Assembly (NCBI GenBank): GCA_039028835.1
Contig: JBCCHK010000001.1
Coordinates: 65,636 to 129,635, forward strand
Source of the DNA: Pseudomonadota bacterium
Lineage (GTDB): Bacteria > Pseudomonadota > Alphaproteobacteria > JBCCHK01
DNA: 64,000 nucleotides
Reading direction: 5' to 3'
Position numbers and translations under genes: made by a program. Position 1 is the stretch's first letter; each line of letters starts with the position of its first letter. The notes below the pieces were generated by a model. It was not told where the DNA came from and did not search any database. It saw only the letters and a program-made list of their open reading frames with translations. Positions 20,183-29,608 of this stretch are shown here, piece after piece.

Positions 20183-21370
20183 ATGGCTGTGGCGAAACAA
20201 GCAAACGCCTTCGCCCTTTACATTCATTGGCCTTTTTGCCGTGCCCGTTGTCCCTATTGCGCCTTTAATGTCCATGTGCGCCCGGATGCGGTGGCCGCAG
20301 ATTACGTAGAAGGGCTCATCAAAGAGCTTAAAGGCGTCGCTCGGCGACTCGGCCCGCGCCCCCTTACGACAATTTTTTTCGGCGGCGGCACCCCCTCGTT
20401 GATTCCGCCAGCGCACCTAGGTGCACTCATCGATTGCGCCGCCGGGTTGTTTTGTTTGCCATCGGGTGCGGACGCAAGCCTGCCGGAGATTACCCGTGAA
20501 ATTACCCGTGAAATTACCATGGAGATGAATCCCGAAGACGCCTCGCCAGATTATCTGCGCGATGCGAAACAGGCGGGTGTAAACCGCCTGTCGATCGGCG
20601 TTCAGGCCTTCGATGATGCCGATCTTGCGTATCTAGGCCGCCGTCACTCAGCTGTGCAGGCGCGGCAAGCGTTGGATCGCGCTCGGGGGGTTTTTGGTCG
20701 CTGTTCGTTGGATTTGATGTATGGCTGGCAAGGGCATACGCCGGCGCGTTGGCAGACGAGTCTCAATCAAGCAGTCAAGACTGGGTTTGGCCATATTTCG
20801 GCCTATCAACTCGGTATCGAGCCGGGCTCCCCATGGTATCGCAAACGTCGAACCCTGCACCTACCGACCGAGGAATCCATCGTGGCGATGGACCGGTTGG
20901 CGCACACCACCCTAAGAGCGGCGGGCTACCGAAACTATGAGATTTCCAACTATGCCCAGAAGGATCATCACTGTGCCCACAACTTATGGACCTGGCATGG
21001 CGGTGATTATGCCGGGATCGGCCCTGGGGCTGCCGGCCGGCTCACCATCGATGGGATCAGATACAGCACAAAGACGATTCATGCGCCGGCCGCCTGGCTC
21101 GCGCAGGTTCGCGAAAAAGGCCACGGCTATGATCGATGGGAGGCCTTAAGCGGTGCGCAAGAGTCCTTAGAGCAACTCATGTTACGGTTGCGCTTACGCG
21201 AGGGGGTGCCGGCCGGGCTTATCGATCGCTGGCAGGCGGTCACGCACTCCTCGCGGTGGCGTGAGATGGCCGCAGATGGTTTTTTACGTCAACGCGGCGG
21301 CCGCTGGTTTACCACCCGCAAAGGTCGAGCCTGTCTTGACGGGCTCACCGGGGCCTTGGTAAAGGCTTGA
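20183..21370 (+). CDS. hemW: Radical SAM heme chaperone HemW (HemN-like, oxygen-independent coproporphyrinogen oxidase family)
   Basis: YIHWPFCRARCPYCAF CxxxCxxC radical SAM motif; HemN C-terminal domain; contains in-frame 15-bp tandem duplication (EITREITREIT) at 20483-20520. Confidence 0.85.
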   Translation: MAVAKQANAFALYIHWPFCRARCPYCAFNVHVRPDAVAADYVEGLIKELKGVARRLGPRPLTTIFFGGGTPSLIPPAHLGALIDCAAGLFCLPSGADASLPEITREITREITMEMNPEDASPDYLRDAKQAGVNRLSIGVQAFDDADLAYLGRRHSAVQARQALDRARGVFGRCSLDLMYGWQGHTPARWQTSLNQAVKTGFGHISAYQLGIEPGSPWYRKRRTLHLPTEESIVAMDRLAHTTLRAAGYRNYEISNYAQKDHHCAHNLWTWHGGDYAGIGPGAAGRLTIDGIRYSTKTIHAPAAWLAQVREKGHGYDRWEALSGAQESLEQLMLRLRLREGVPAGLIDRWQAVTHSSRWREMAADGFLRQRGGRWFTTRKGRACLDGLTGALVKA

Positions 21371-21616
21371 TGGGATTCATACATCATTAAAAAAATTGAG
21401 ATATGATCTGTAAAACATGGAAGAAAAACGTAAACGATGTAATAAAAAATAAAGGAATCTAGGCAATCACTCTTTTTGTGTTATCCTGGAAGCTCTTTTG
21501 GTTTTTATGAAAAGGATATTTGAGACTTTGTTTCATTTTACCTGCAAGCGTTGCGCAGATGAGCTGATGATCCAACCAAGGGATCATCGGCCAGGGGAAG
21601 TTATGCTGAGGGATTC

Positions 21617-21988
21617 ATGGCCAAAAAAGTCATGATTATTGAGGACAACCCACTGAACATGAGGTTATTCAATGACCTTGTGCGTTCGGCGGGTTATGAG
21701 ACGGTGACCACCGACAATGGTCTCGATGCTCTGGATATTGCGCGCGATGCCCAGCCCGATCTGGTGATCTTAGATGTGCAATTGCCAGAGGTCTCGGGCT
21801 TGGATGTCGCGCGCTGGTTTAAGGCAGAGGACTCTCTTAAAGATGTGCCCATTATCGCGGTGACGGCGTTTGCCATGAAAGGAGATGAAGAACGGGTGCG
21901 CGCCAGCGGTGTGCAAGATTATATGTCAAAGCCGATTGCCGTTGCTGACTTTCTTAAGGCTGTTAAAGGCTTTCTTGAGAACGACTAA
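21617..21988 (+). CDS. divK: Single-domain response regulator DivK
   Basis: 123 aa REC-only protein; near-identical to DivK consensus (KVMIIEDNPLNMRLFNDLV...AVTAFAMKGDEERV...SKPI); followed by pleD. Confidence 0.8.
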   Translation: MAKKVMIIEDNPLNMRLFNDLVRSAGYETVTTDNGLDALDIARDAQPDLVILDVQLPEVSGLDVARWFKAEDSLKDVPIIAVTAFAMKGDEERVRASGVQDYMSKPIAVADFLKAVKGFLEND

Positions 21989-22013
21989 GAAAAAATGAAA
22001 AAGAGAGCATGCT

Positions 22014-23393
22014 GTGCCCGGAAGGATCCTAATCGTTGACGATTTAGTACCGAACGTCAAGTTGTTAGAGGCAAAACTTGCCAAACAGTATTACCAAACA
22101 ATCCCCGCCTATTCCGGCGCCGAGGCGCTTGAAAAAGCTGCTCAAGAAACCCCGGATTTGATCTTGCTGGATGTCATGATGCCGATCATGGATGGCTTTG
22201 AGGCGTGTGAAAAACTGAAAGCTGATCCTGCCACTGCCCACATACCGGTGGTCATGATTACGGCTCTGACCGAGACCGAAGATCGAGTCCACGGTCTTCA
22301 GGTCGGCGCAGAAGATTTTCTATCAAAACCTTTGGATGATCTGGCCCTCTATTCACGGGTCGGTTCGTTGATTCGCTATAAGTTGGCCGTGGATGACCTG
22401 CGGGTGCGGGCCATGACGGCCTCCGACCTGGGCTTAGAGGCGGTGGACGACCCCCCTATCGAATTTCTCATCAGCCCGTCAAAAGTCCTGCTCATCGAGG
22501 ACAACCAGGTGGATTATGAAAACATTAAAAACGCATTGGCCAGTGAAGGGGATGAGATCACCTGGGTGAAAAGCGGGACCGAGACCTTTGAGGCCATTGC
22601 GCAAACGGGTTTTGATCTGATTATCCTCTCGCTCACGATGCTCGATGAGGATGGCCTCATGTTGTGCTCGCAAGTACGCACCCAGCCGCAAACCCGCGAT
22701 GTGCCGGTCTTGCTCACCGCCGATGAGGGTGACAGTGGCCGGGTCGCCAAAGGACTGGAACTCGGCGCCACCGATTACGTTATCAAGCCCATCGAGCGCA
22801 ACGAGCTGGTGGCCCGTCGTCGCAATCAGCTGCGCAGCAAGCGCTACCTTGATCGGCTGCACCAGCATTACGAATCCAGCCTTACGATGGTCATGACGGA
22901 CTCGCTCACGGGGCTTTATAACCGCCGCTATTTGGATCGCCTGATCGAGAATTTGCTGGCCAGCACCCAGGCCATTGCCCGCCCCACCACCGTGATGATG
23001 ATGGACGTGGATCACTTCAAGAACTTTAACGACCAGCACGGCCATGCGGTCGGGGATAAGGTGCTGCATCACCTTGGCTTTTTGTTTCGCGACAACACCC
23101 GCCAGATCGATACGGTCGCGCGCTATGGTGGGGAGGAATTTGTCGTCGTCTGCCCGGAGGTGAACGAGACCACGGCCACCAGAATTGCCGAGCGCATTAG
23201 GACATCGGTGGAAAACTCGCCAATCACATTGGAAAGTGGCGAAGCCTTGGCGGTCACGATCAGCATTGGTGTGGCGTCCTCGCCGCACAGCAATGCCAGC
23301 CCGCAAGAGATGCTCAAGGCCGCAGACGATGCCCTTTATAAAGCCAAAGAACAGGGCCGTAACCAGGTCGTCATGGTGAGTCTAGACGGCTAA
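22014..23393 (+). CDS. pleD: Response regulator/diguanylate cyclase PleD (REC-REC-GGDEF)
   Basis: Two receiver domains (D at ~53), GGDEF domain with RYGGEEF active site and RxxD I-site; divK-pleD operon. Confidence 0.85.
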   Translation: MPGRILIVDDLVPNVKLLEAKLAKQYYQTIPAYSGAEALEKAAQETPDLILLDVMMPIMDGFEACEKLKADPATAHIPVVMITALTETEDRVHGLQVGAEDFLSKPLDDLALYSRVGSLIRYKLAVDDLRVRAMTASDLGLEAVDDPPIEFLISPSKVLLIEDNQVDYENIKNALASEGDEITWVKSGTETFEAIAQTGFDLIILSLTMLDEDGLMLCSQVRTQPQTRDVPVLLTADEGDSGRVAKGLELGATDYVIKPIERNELVARRRNQLRSKRYLDRLHQHYESSLTMVMTDSLTGLYNRRYLDRLIENLLASTQAIARPTTVMMMDVDHFKNFNDQHGHAVGDKVLHHLGFLFRDNTRQIDTVARYGGEEFVVVCPEVNETTATRIAERIRTSVENSPITLESGEALAVTISIGVASSPHSNASPQEMLKAADDALYKAKEQGRNQVVMVSLDG

Positions 23394-23417
23394 TCTCATC
23401 ATCAAAGGCAAGGCCGC

Positions 23418-24413
23418 TTAGCGGCTGGTTTTCTTGTCAGGCGTCCTGCGGGTCCTGAGTTGGGAGATGAACTGACTTGCGATCCGGCCGGACCGGCCGC
23501 CCCGTTGCCGGGCGAAGGTGTTGGCCTGTTGTATCAAGGTCCGCTGGTGCTTTTTCGCCAGACCGACGTGGGCCGCATGGGCGCGCACCATCGCCTCAAA
23601 AGCAGGTTGCGGGCAGTGATGAAACCCGAGCCACAAGCCAAAGCGATCCGCAAGCGAGAGGGACTCATCCACCTGGTCGCTTTGCATGAGGGTCGCGCGG
23701 TCGCTGTGTTGGTCCACCAGATGCCGCCGATTGGAGGTAGCGTAGATCAAGACATTATCCGGACGTTTCGCCAGCCCGCCCTCCAGCGCAGTTTTGAGAG
23801 TCCGGTAGGTGTCATCCAGGCTATCAAAAGACAGATCATCACAAAAAATCACGAACCGCTTTGGCACGGCCCGCAGTTGCTCGATCAAAGTGCCGATATC
23901 TTTAAGGTATTGCCGGGGAATCTCCACCATCGCGAGGGCCTTCGGTTTTTCGGTGCTCACCTGGTGGCAAACGGCCTTCACCAGCGAGCTCTTGCCCATG
24001 CCGCGGGAGCCCCAGAGCAGGGCATCCAGCGCGGGTTTTCCCTGGATAAAGCGACGCGTGTTATCCAGCAATGTCATGCGCTGGCGGTCGATGCCAACCA
24101 ATACATCCAACGGCAGGGCATCCAGGCGCGTGAGCGGTGTCATCGTGCCCGTCCAGAGGTAGGCATCCGCCGCATCGGGGTCGATTGTGTGAGCCGGTGC
24201 GGTGCCAGGGGTGTGCTTGCGTGGGCTGGTTTGGCGAGCATCCATGGGTTGCGCGTCGCACGCTAAGCGATCGGCAATGCGCGCAAGGTGGCTGGCAATG
24301 TTTCCCAATTCTGTGGCGATGCGCGTGGCGGCATCCGGCACCTCATGTGAAGGGTCATGCGAAGGGGAAGCGCGAGAGGGAGGGGATTTTTTGGGAGGCG
24401 TTGTGGCCATCAC
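23418..24413 (-). CDS. DUF815-family AAA+ superfamily P-loop ATPase (hypothetical)
   Basis: LLWGSRGMGKSSLVKAV Walker A, DUF815-like N-terminal region (LARIADRL...AYLW...L.PL..L.GIDRQ). Confidence 0.6.
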   Translation of the reverse strand: MMATTPPKKSPPSRASPSHDPSHEVPDAATRIATELGNIASHLARIADRLACDAQPMDARQTSPRKHTPGTAPAHTIDPDAADAYLWTGTMTPLTRLDALPLDVLVGIDRQRMTLLDNTRRFIQGKPALDALLWGSRGMGKSSLVKAVCHQVSTEKPKALAMVEIPRQYLKDIGTLIEQLRAVPKRFVIFCDDLSFDSLDDTYRTLKTALEGGLAKRPDNVLIYATSNRRHLVDQHSDRATLMQSDQVDESLSLADRFGLWLGFHHCPQPAFEAMVRAHAAHVGLAKKHQRTLIQQANTFARQRGGRSGRIASQFISQLRTRRTPDKKTSR

Positions 24414-24838
24414 ACGTCGCGATCAAAAATTATGCGTGAAAAACACGCGCCAGAAAACTCTTGCACCCTTGGCATAGGGACCCTTTGCTAGGATTTGTTT
24501 ATTCAAGGGCTGTCTCATGCTATAATGCCCTAAAAATAAAGATTTTCGACAGGAAAAAAAACCTCAAAAGTAGGAATCTTGAAATGATTTCTCTTGAGAG
24601 GGTGTCACTATCCCGTCGAACCGCCTGCATGGGCTAACCGGCGGCGTAAGCCAAGACGTTGATGACGCAAACGCTTCATCCAGCCTACTGCGGGTATGAA
24701 AAGATAGGGGGAAGACGATTAATCTGCGCCCAAATCATCTAACAACCCAATCACCCAACACATGGTCTGTTGATGCGTGGTCTGTTGATGAGTCTGACGG
24801 TCATCCGTGGCGCGATAGGATTTGTCCTTCAAGTCGGT

Positions 24839-26176
24839 ATGAGTAAAAAAACCTACAATCCCCAAGAAGCCATTATCATCAAGCGCGATGGTCGTGAGCT
24901 CTCGAAAAAAGCTATCGAGCATTATGTGCAAGGGGTCGTCGATGGGGTAGTCAGCGATGCTCAGATTGCCGCCTTTGCGATGGCAGTGTGCTTGCGCGGG
25001 ATGACGGTGCAAGAGCGCACGGACTTCACCCTTGCGATGGCCAAAAATAGTGAACACCAGGATTGGTTGCGCCTCAATTTGGACGGTCCGCTGTTGGATA
25101 AGCATTCCACCGGCGGCGTTGGGGATAAGGTGAGTTTTATTGTGGCGGCGGTCTTGGCCGCCTGCGGCTGTTTTGTGCCGATGATCTCGGGCCGCACCCT
25201 TGGCCATACTGGCGGCACCTTGGATAAATTGGAGTCTCTGCCTGGCTATGACGTGCATACCGATGCAGTTCAGGTAGAAAAGGTCCTCGCCCAAACGGGC
25301 TTGGTCATCATTGGGGCGAGCGAGCAGTTGGTGCCCGCCGACCGCCGCATCTACGATGTCCGTGACCGAACCGCGACCGTGAAATCATTAGACCTGATTA
25401 CCTGCTCGATCCTCTCAAAAAAACTGGCGGAGGATTTGGATGGCTTGGTCTTGGATGTGAAGTATGGCTCGGGGGCGTTCTTTTCGGACTCCCATGAAGC
25501 CATGGCCCTCGCGCAATCGATGGTCCAGGTTGCGAACCACGCAGGCTTGCAAACCCACGCGATTCTCTCAGACATGAACAGCGTGCTTGGCCATACGGCC
25601 GGCAATTGGCTGGAGCTTGTCGAGGCTTTGGATGTGATGACCGCCGGGGTGGGCGAGCCACGCTTGACCAAGGTGTGTGAGGCTCTGGTGAGCGAGGCGT
25701 TGCAGCTGTCCGAATTAGCCCACAGTCCCGGCGTGGCCGAGCAAATGTTCACCGATGCCCTGCAAAGTGGCCGTGCTGCTGAATGCTTTGCGCAGATGGT
25801 GGCCGGCCTTGGCGGTCCCAAGGACTTGCTCAAGACCTATAAGAAAAACAAAACAATGAACGCCCCGGTGGTGCGCGATATCCTCGCCCCTGCCGATGGT
25901 TATATCAGCGCGATCGATGTTACCAAACTCGGTTGGGCTCTCTCGCGTATTGGTTGTGGACGAGCAAACCCTGAGGGGAGGATCGATCACCGGGTCGGCC
26001 TTACCCATGCACAGCCCTGCGGCACGAAGGTGACCGTCGGTCAGACGATCCTCGCGCGGATTCACGCAGCCAGTGAAAGTGATGCGAATTATGTGGCCCA
26101 AGCCTTCGATCAGAATGTCAAAATCAGCCCCGATCCCCCGAAGGGATTGCCGCTCGTACAGGTTTGCCGCTTCTAA
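24839..26176 (+). CDS. deoA: Thymidine/pyrimidine-nucleoside phosphorylase (ORF track start 24770; ATG 24839)
   Basis: IIIKRDGRELSKKAIEHYVQG, LDKHSTGGVGDKVS phosphate-binding motif of thymidine phosphorylase family. Confidence 0.85.
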   Translation: MSKKTYNPQEAIIIKRDGRELSKKAIEHYVQGVVDGVVSDAQIAAFAMAVCLRGMTVQERTDFTLAMAKNSEHQDWLRLNLDGPLLDKHSTGGVGDKVSFIVAAVLAACGCFVPMISGRTLGHTGGTLDKLESLPGYDVHTDAVQVEKVLAQTGLVIIGASEQLVPADRRIYDVRDRTATVKSLDLITCSILSKKLAEDLDGLVLDVKYGSGAFFSDSHEAMALAQSMVQVANHAGLQTHAILSDMNSVLGHTAGNWLELVEALDVMTAGVGEPRLTKVCEALVSEALQLSELAHSPGVAEQMFTDALQSGRAAECFAQMVAGLGGPKDLLKTYKKNKTMNAPVVRDILAPADGYISAIDVTKLGWALSRIGCGRANPEGRIDHRVGLTHAQPCGTKVTVGQTILARIHAASESDANYVAQAFDQNVKISPDPPKGLPLVQVCRF

Positions 26177-26204
26177 CAACGCTACGCATTATTCAAATGG
26201 CGCG

Positions 26205-27383
26205 TTACTCAAGGGATTCGGCGACCCTCTTAGCAATGTTAAGATAGGCTTGGGCGCTCGTTGCCTTAGGGTCAGCAACGACGATGGGTTTGCCCGCTTC
26301 GCAGGCTTGGTTGATCGGCATATCGAGCGGGATTTTTCCTAAAAACGGTACATCGAGTTCTTTCGCCTGAGCCTTCGCGCCGCCCTGGCCGAAGATGTCA
26401 TGGACCGTCCCGCAGTTTGGGCAGGCAAAGCCAGACATATTCTCGATAATCCCGAGAATAGAAAGGTGCACCTTGGCAAACATGGCAATGCCTTTGCGCA
26501 CGTCCACCAGGGCAATATCCTGAGGGGTCGAGACAATCAGAGCGCGCGCCTGGGGCAGGCGTTGGGCGATAGTGAGCTGAATATCGCCGGTGCCGGGCGG
26601 CATATCCACGACCAAGACATCCAGCGCACCCCAGTTGACGTCTGTAAAAAGCTGGACAAGCGCACTTTGCGCCATGGGGCCGCGCCAGATCACTGGCGTG
26701 TCCTCACCGATCAACAACCCCATAGACATAACGCGCAATCCCCACGCGCTGGCTGGTTCGATTTTCTTGCCATCATCAGAGGTTGCCTTGTCCGTGATCT
26801 GTAGCATTTTGGCCATCGAGGGGCCGTAGATGTCGGCATCAAGCACGCCGGTGCGCAACCCCAGGTGAGCAAAAGCGGCCGCCAGGTTCACGGCGGTGGT
26901 GGACTTGCCCACACCGCCCTTGCCCGAGGCGACCAAGATGACGTTCTTGACGCCTGGCGGCATCAATGGTTCGCGGTTGGCAGGACGCGCGGGTCGGGGG
27001 GGCGGCCCAGGCGGGGGCGCGTCGGGGGCGTGCGGAGTCCCTTGCGGCGGTGGCGCATTGGGGACACCCTCGCGCTGGCTGGTGAGAATCACATTGCCGC
27101 CGATGAGGCCCTCTTGCTCAGGCAGGGCGGCTTCTAAGTCTTTGCGTACGGGCTCCCACTGGTCTTGTTGCGCGGGATCGATTGAAAAGCTAATGAAGGC
27201 TTTTTGGTTGCGAATCGTCAAGCCATCAAGGGCAGGACTATCCGCCAGAGGGCTGCCTGTTACGGGATCATTAAGACGTTGAAATAAAGGACGAAGAGGA
27301 TCGGGAATTACGGGCATGAGGTCGCTTGGCTTGTTGTCTGGTGGGGAAATTGTGGTAAGGTCATTGTTGGCCGTGCCGCGCAA
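26205..27383 (-). CDS. apbC: Fe-S cluster carrier ATPase ApbC/Mrp (likely start MPVIPD at 27317)
   Basis: VILVASGKGGVGKSTTAVNLAAAF deviant Walker A, CxxC near C-terminus (FACPNCG), N-terminal MIP18-like domain, Pro-rich linker. Confidence 0.9.
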   Translation of the reverse strand: MRGTANNDLTTISPPDNKPSDLMPVIPDPLRPLFQRLNDPVTGSPLADSPALDGLTIRNQKAFISFSIDPAQQDQWEPVRKDLEAALPEQEGLIGGNVILTSQREGVPNAPPPQGTPHAPDAPPPGPPPRPARPANREPLMPPGVKNVILVASGKGGVGKSTTAVNLAAAFAHLGLRTGVLDADIYGPSMAKMLQITDKATSDDGKKIEPASAWGLRVMSMGLLIGEDTPVIWRGPMAQSALVQLFTDVNWGALDVLVVDMPPGTGDIQLTIAQRLPQARALIVSTPQDIALVDVRKGIAMFAKVHLSILGIIENMSGFACPNCGTVHDIFGQGGAKAQAKELDVPFLGKIPLDMPINQACEAGKPIVVADPKATSAQAYLNIAKRVAESLE

Positions 27384-27609
27384 AGCATCCGGTCAAGAGC
27401 ATAGAAAATACGGAAAACACACATACACAAAATCAAGCGCGTTTGCTAGGGTTCATAGTACCTTATGCATGGTCGATCACCGATCAAGGGTACGATAATG
27501 GGGCTGATAAAAGTCTGATAAGGTTTGATAGGATCTGATGAGGACTTACGTGAAGACAACCTATAAATGGCGTAGATGATATTACCTTAACATGAAGGAT
27601 TTTTAATAG

Positions 27610-28674
27610 ATGTCTTGGGATGATAACGGTCAAAGCCCCTGGGGGCGCAAACCGAATAACCCATGGGGCGGGGGGCAGCCGCCTAACTTTAAGAACATGT
27701 TTGGCTCAGATGGGCCGAAAATGCCGCGCATGCCGACAGGCCTTAATCGCAAGATGGTCATCAGCGGTATTTTTGTGTTGATTGTTCTTTGGTTGCTCAC
27801 CGGTTTTTACCGGGTGAATGCTGAAGAACAAGGGGTCGTGTTGCTGTTTGGCAAGTATATCGTCACCTCACCGCCGGGCTTGCACTACAACCTGCCGCCG
27901 CCGTTTGTCCAAGTTATTAAACCCCAGGTCACCCGGGTTAACCGGGTCGATATCGGCTTTCGTAACTTTGGCGAGCGCAGCAGCGAGAATCTCAACAAGG
28001 TTCGTGAAGAAAGCCTGATGCTCACGGGAGATGAGAATCTGATCGATATTCAATTCACGGTCCTATGGCGGATCAGCAATGCGCGGGATTACCTATTCAA
28101 TATGCGCAACCCTGAAGCCAGCGTGAAAGCCGTTGCCGAAAGTGCCATGCGGGAGGTCATCGGCCGCACGGATATCCAGCCGGCTTTAACAGAAGCGCGA
28201 GATACGATTCAAAACACGGTGCTTGAGCGCTTGCAGGAGATTCTCGATGAATATGGTGCCGGGATTTCTATCACCCAAGTTCAGTTGCAGCAAGTAGATC
28301 CGCCTGAGGAAGTGGTGGAAGCCTTTAACGATGTTCAGCGCGCGAACCAAGATCGCGAGACCTTCCGTAACGAAGCCGAGGCCTACCGCAACCAGGTTAT
28401 CCCGCAAGCACGGGCGGAAGCCTTTCAGCTGCGTACGGAAGCCAATGCCTATAAGGAAAAAATTGTTGCTGAAGCGCAAGGGGAGGCGACGCGCTTTTCA
28501 GAAGTGTTGTCCGCCTATCAGCTTGCTCCCGAGGTCACGCGCAAACGCATGTACCTAGAGACCATCGAAGGTGTGCTCAAGCAAACGGATAACATCATTT
28601 TGGATAAGGGGGTCTCTGAAGGGGTCCTGCCTTATCTTCCTCTTAACGAACTGCGTACAAGGCCGGGGTCTTAA
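27610..28674 (+). CDS. hflK: FtsH protease modulator HflK
   Basis: MSWDDNGQSPWG..NPWGGG N-terminus typical of HflK, TM helix, SPFH/band-7 domain, coiled coil. Confidence 0.9.
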   Translation: MSWDDNGQSPWGRKPNNPWGGGQPPNFKNMFGSDGPKMPRMPTGLNRKMVISGIFVLIVLWLLTGFYRVNAEEQGVVLLFGKYIVTSPPGLHYNLPPPFVQVIKPQVTRVNRVDIGFRNFGERSSENLNKVREESLMLTGDENLIDIQFTVLWRISNARDYLFNMRNPEASVKAVAESAMREVIGRTDIQPALTEARDTIQNTVLERLQEILDEYGAGISITQVQLQQVDPPEEVVEAFNDVQRANQDRETFRNEAEAYRNQVIPQARAEAFQLRTEANAYKEKIVAEAQGEATRFSEVLSAYQLAPEVTRKRMYLETIEGVLKQTDNIILDKGVSEGVLPYLPLNELRTRPGS

Positions 28675-28676
28675 TC

Positions 28677-29543
28677 ATGCCTAAGAAAATTATTGCCGCC
28701 ATTGTTCTGGCGGTGGCGGCATTGGTCGCAACCGATGGCTTTTACGTTATCAGTGAAACAAACCAGGCAATTGTTTTGCGCTTTGGTGAGTTTAGGCGGG
28801 CCTCACAAGAACCGGGCCTACATTTTAAGGTGCCTTTTATCGAGGCGCTCCAGCGCTATGACCGGCGTATCTTAGAGGTCGATCCACCTGTCCAGCAGGT
28901 CATCATGGCTGACCAGCGTCGCTTGGATGTGAACAGCTTTGCGCGGTATCGGATTATCGATCCTTTACGCTTTTATCAAACGGTGAGCACCGAACAGGTG
29001 GTCTCGGCGCGGTTGTCGACCATCACCAATGCAGCCATGCGGCGGGTCCTTGGGAACGTCACCCAGCCTGAGATTCTCTCCATCACCCGTAACGAGATTA
29101 TCGCCAATATCAAGGCCATTGTGGCACGCGAATCCGAACAATTCGGCGTTGAAATCATCGATGTGCGGATTGGCCGGGCTGATGTGCCTGCGGCAACGGT
29201 GCAGGCGGTGTACTCGCGGATGCGCGCCGAACGGGAGCGAGAAGCGAATGAGTTTCGTGCCCAAGGGCGCGAGCTCGCGCAGCAAATTCGCTCGCAAGCG
29301 GATCGGGAGCGCACGGTGTTGATTGCTGAGGCCGAGCGCGATGCCCAGGCCTTGCGCGGGGAAGGGGAGGCTGAGGTCACCCGTATTCTCGCGCAAGCCT
29401 TCCAGCGCGATGAGGAGTTCTATGCTTTTTATAGGTCCTTGCAGGCGTATCGGCAGACCTTCGGCACTGAACCGGGTAACAAGTTTGTCCTCACACCGGA
29501 AAGCGAGTTCTTTGATTATTTTGAGAATAATGTCACGCCTTAA
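28677..29543 (+). CDS. hflC: FtsH protease modulator HflC
   Basis: N-terminal TM, SPFH domain, immediately follows hflK. Confidence 0.9.
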   Translation: MPKKIIAAIVLAVAALVATDGFYVISETNQAIVLRFGEFRRASQEPGLHFKVPFIEALQRYDRRILEVDPPVQQVIMADQRRLDVNSFARYRIIDPLRFYQTVSTEQVVSARLSTITNAAMRRVLGNVTQPEILSITRNEIIANIKAIVARESEQFGVEIIDVRIGRADVPAATVQAVYSRMRAEREREANEFRAQGRELAQQIRSQADRERTVLIAEAERDAQALRGEGEAEVTRILAQAFQRDEEFYAFYRSLQAYRQTFGTEPGNKFVLTPESEFFDYFENNVTP

Positions 29544-29608
29544 AAAGCATTTTCTATAGATTGTCTATAACGATACAAACGAAGGTTGAGAGATATAGAG
29601 GTAGAGAT

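Noticed and set aside
22479-23306. 275-aa ORF antisense to pleD
   Set aside because: Opposite strand of a GGDEF gene with intact motifs; typical GC-rich antisense ORF.
24719-25294. 191-aa ORF antisense to deoA
   Set aside because: Overlaps thymidine phosphorylase N-terminal domain on the other strand; no features.
26205-27383. Pro-rich insert in ApbC/Mrp (PNAPPPQGTPHAPDAPPPGPPPRPARP) as a frameshift
   Set aside because: Flanking MIP18-like N-domain and Mrp ATPase domain are in the same frame with no stop; Pro-rich linkers between these domains are common in alphaproteobacterial Mrp proteins.
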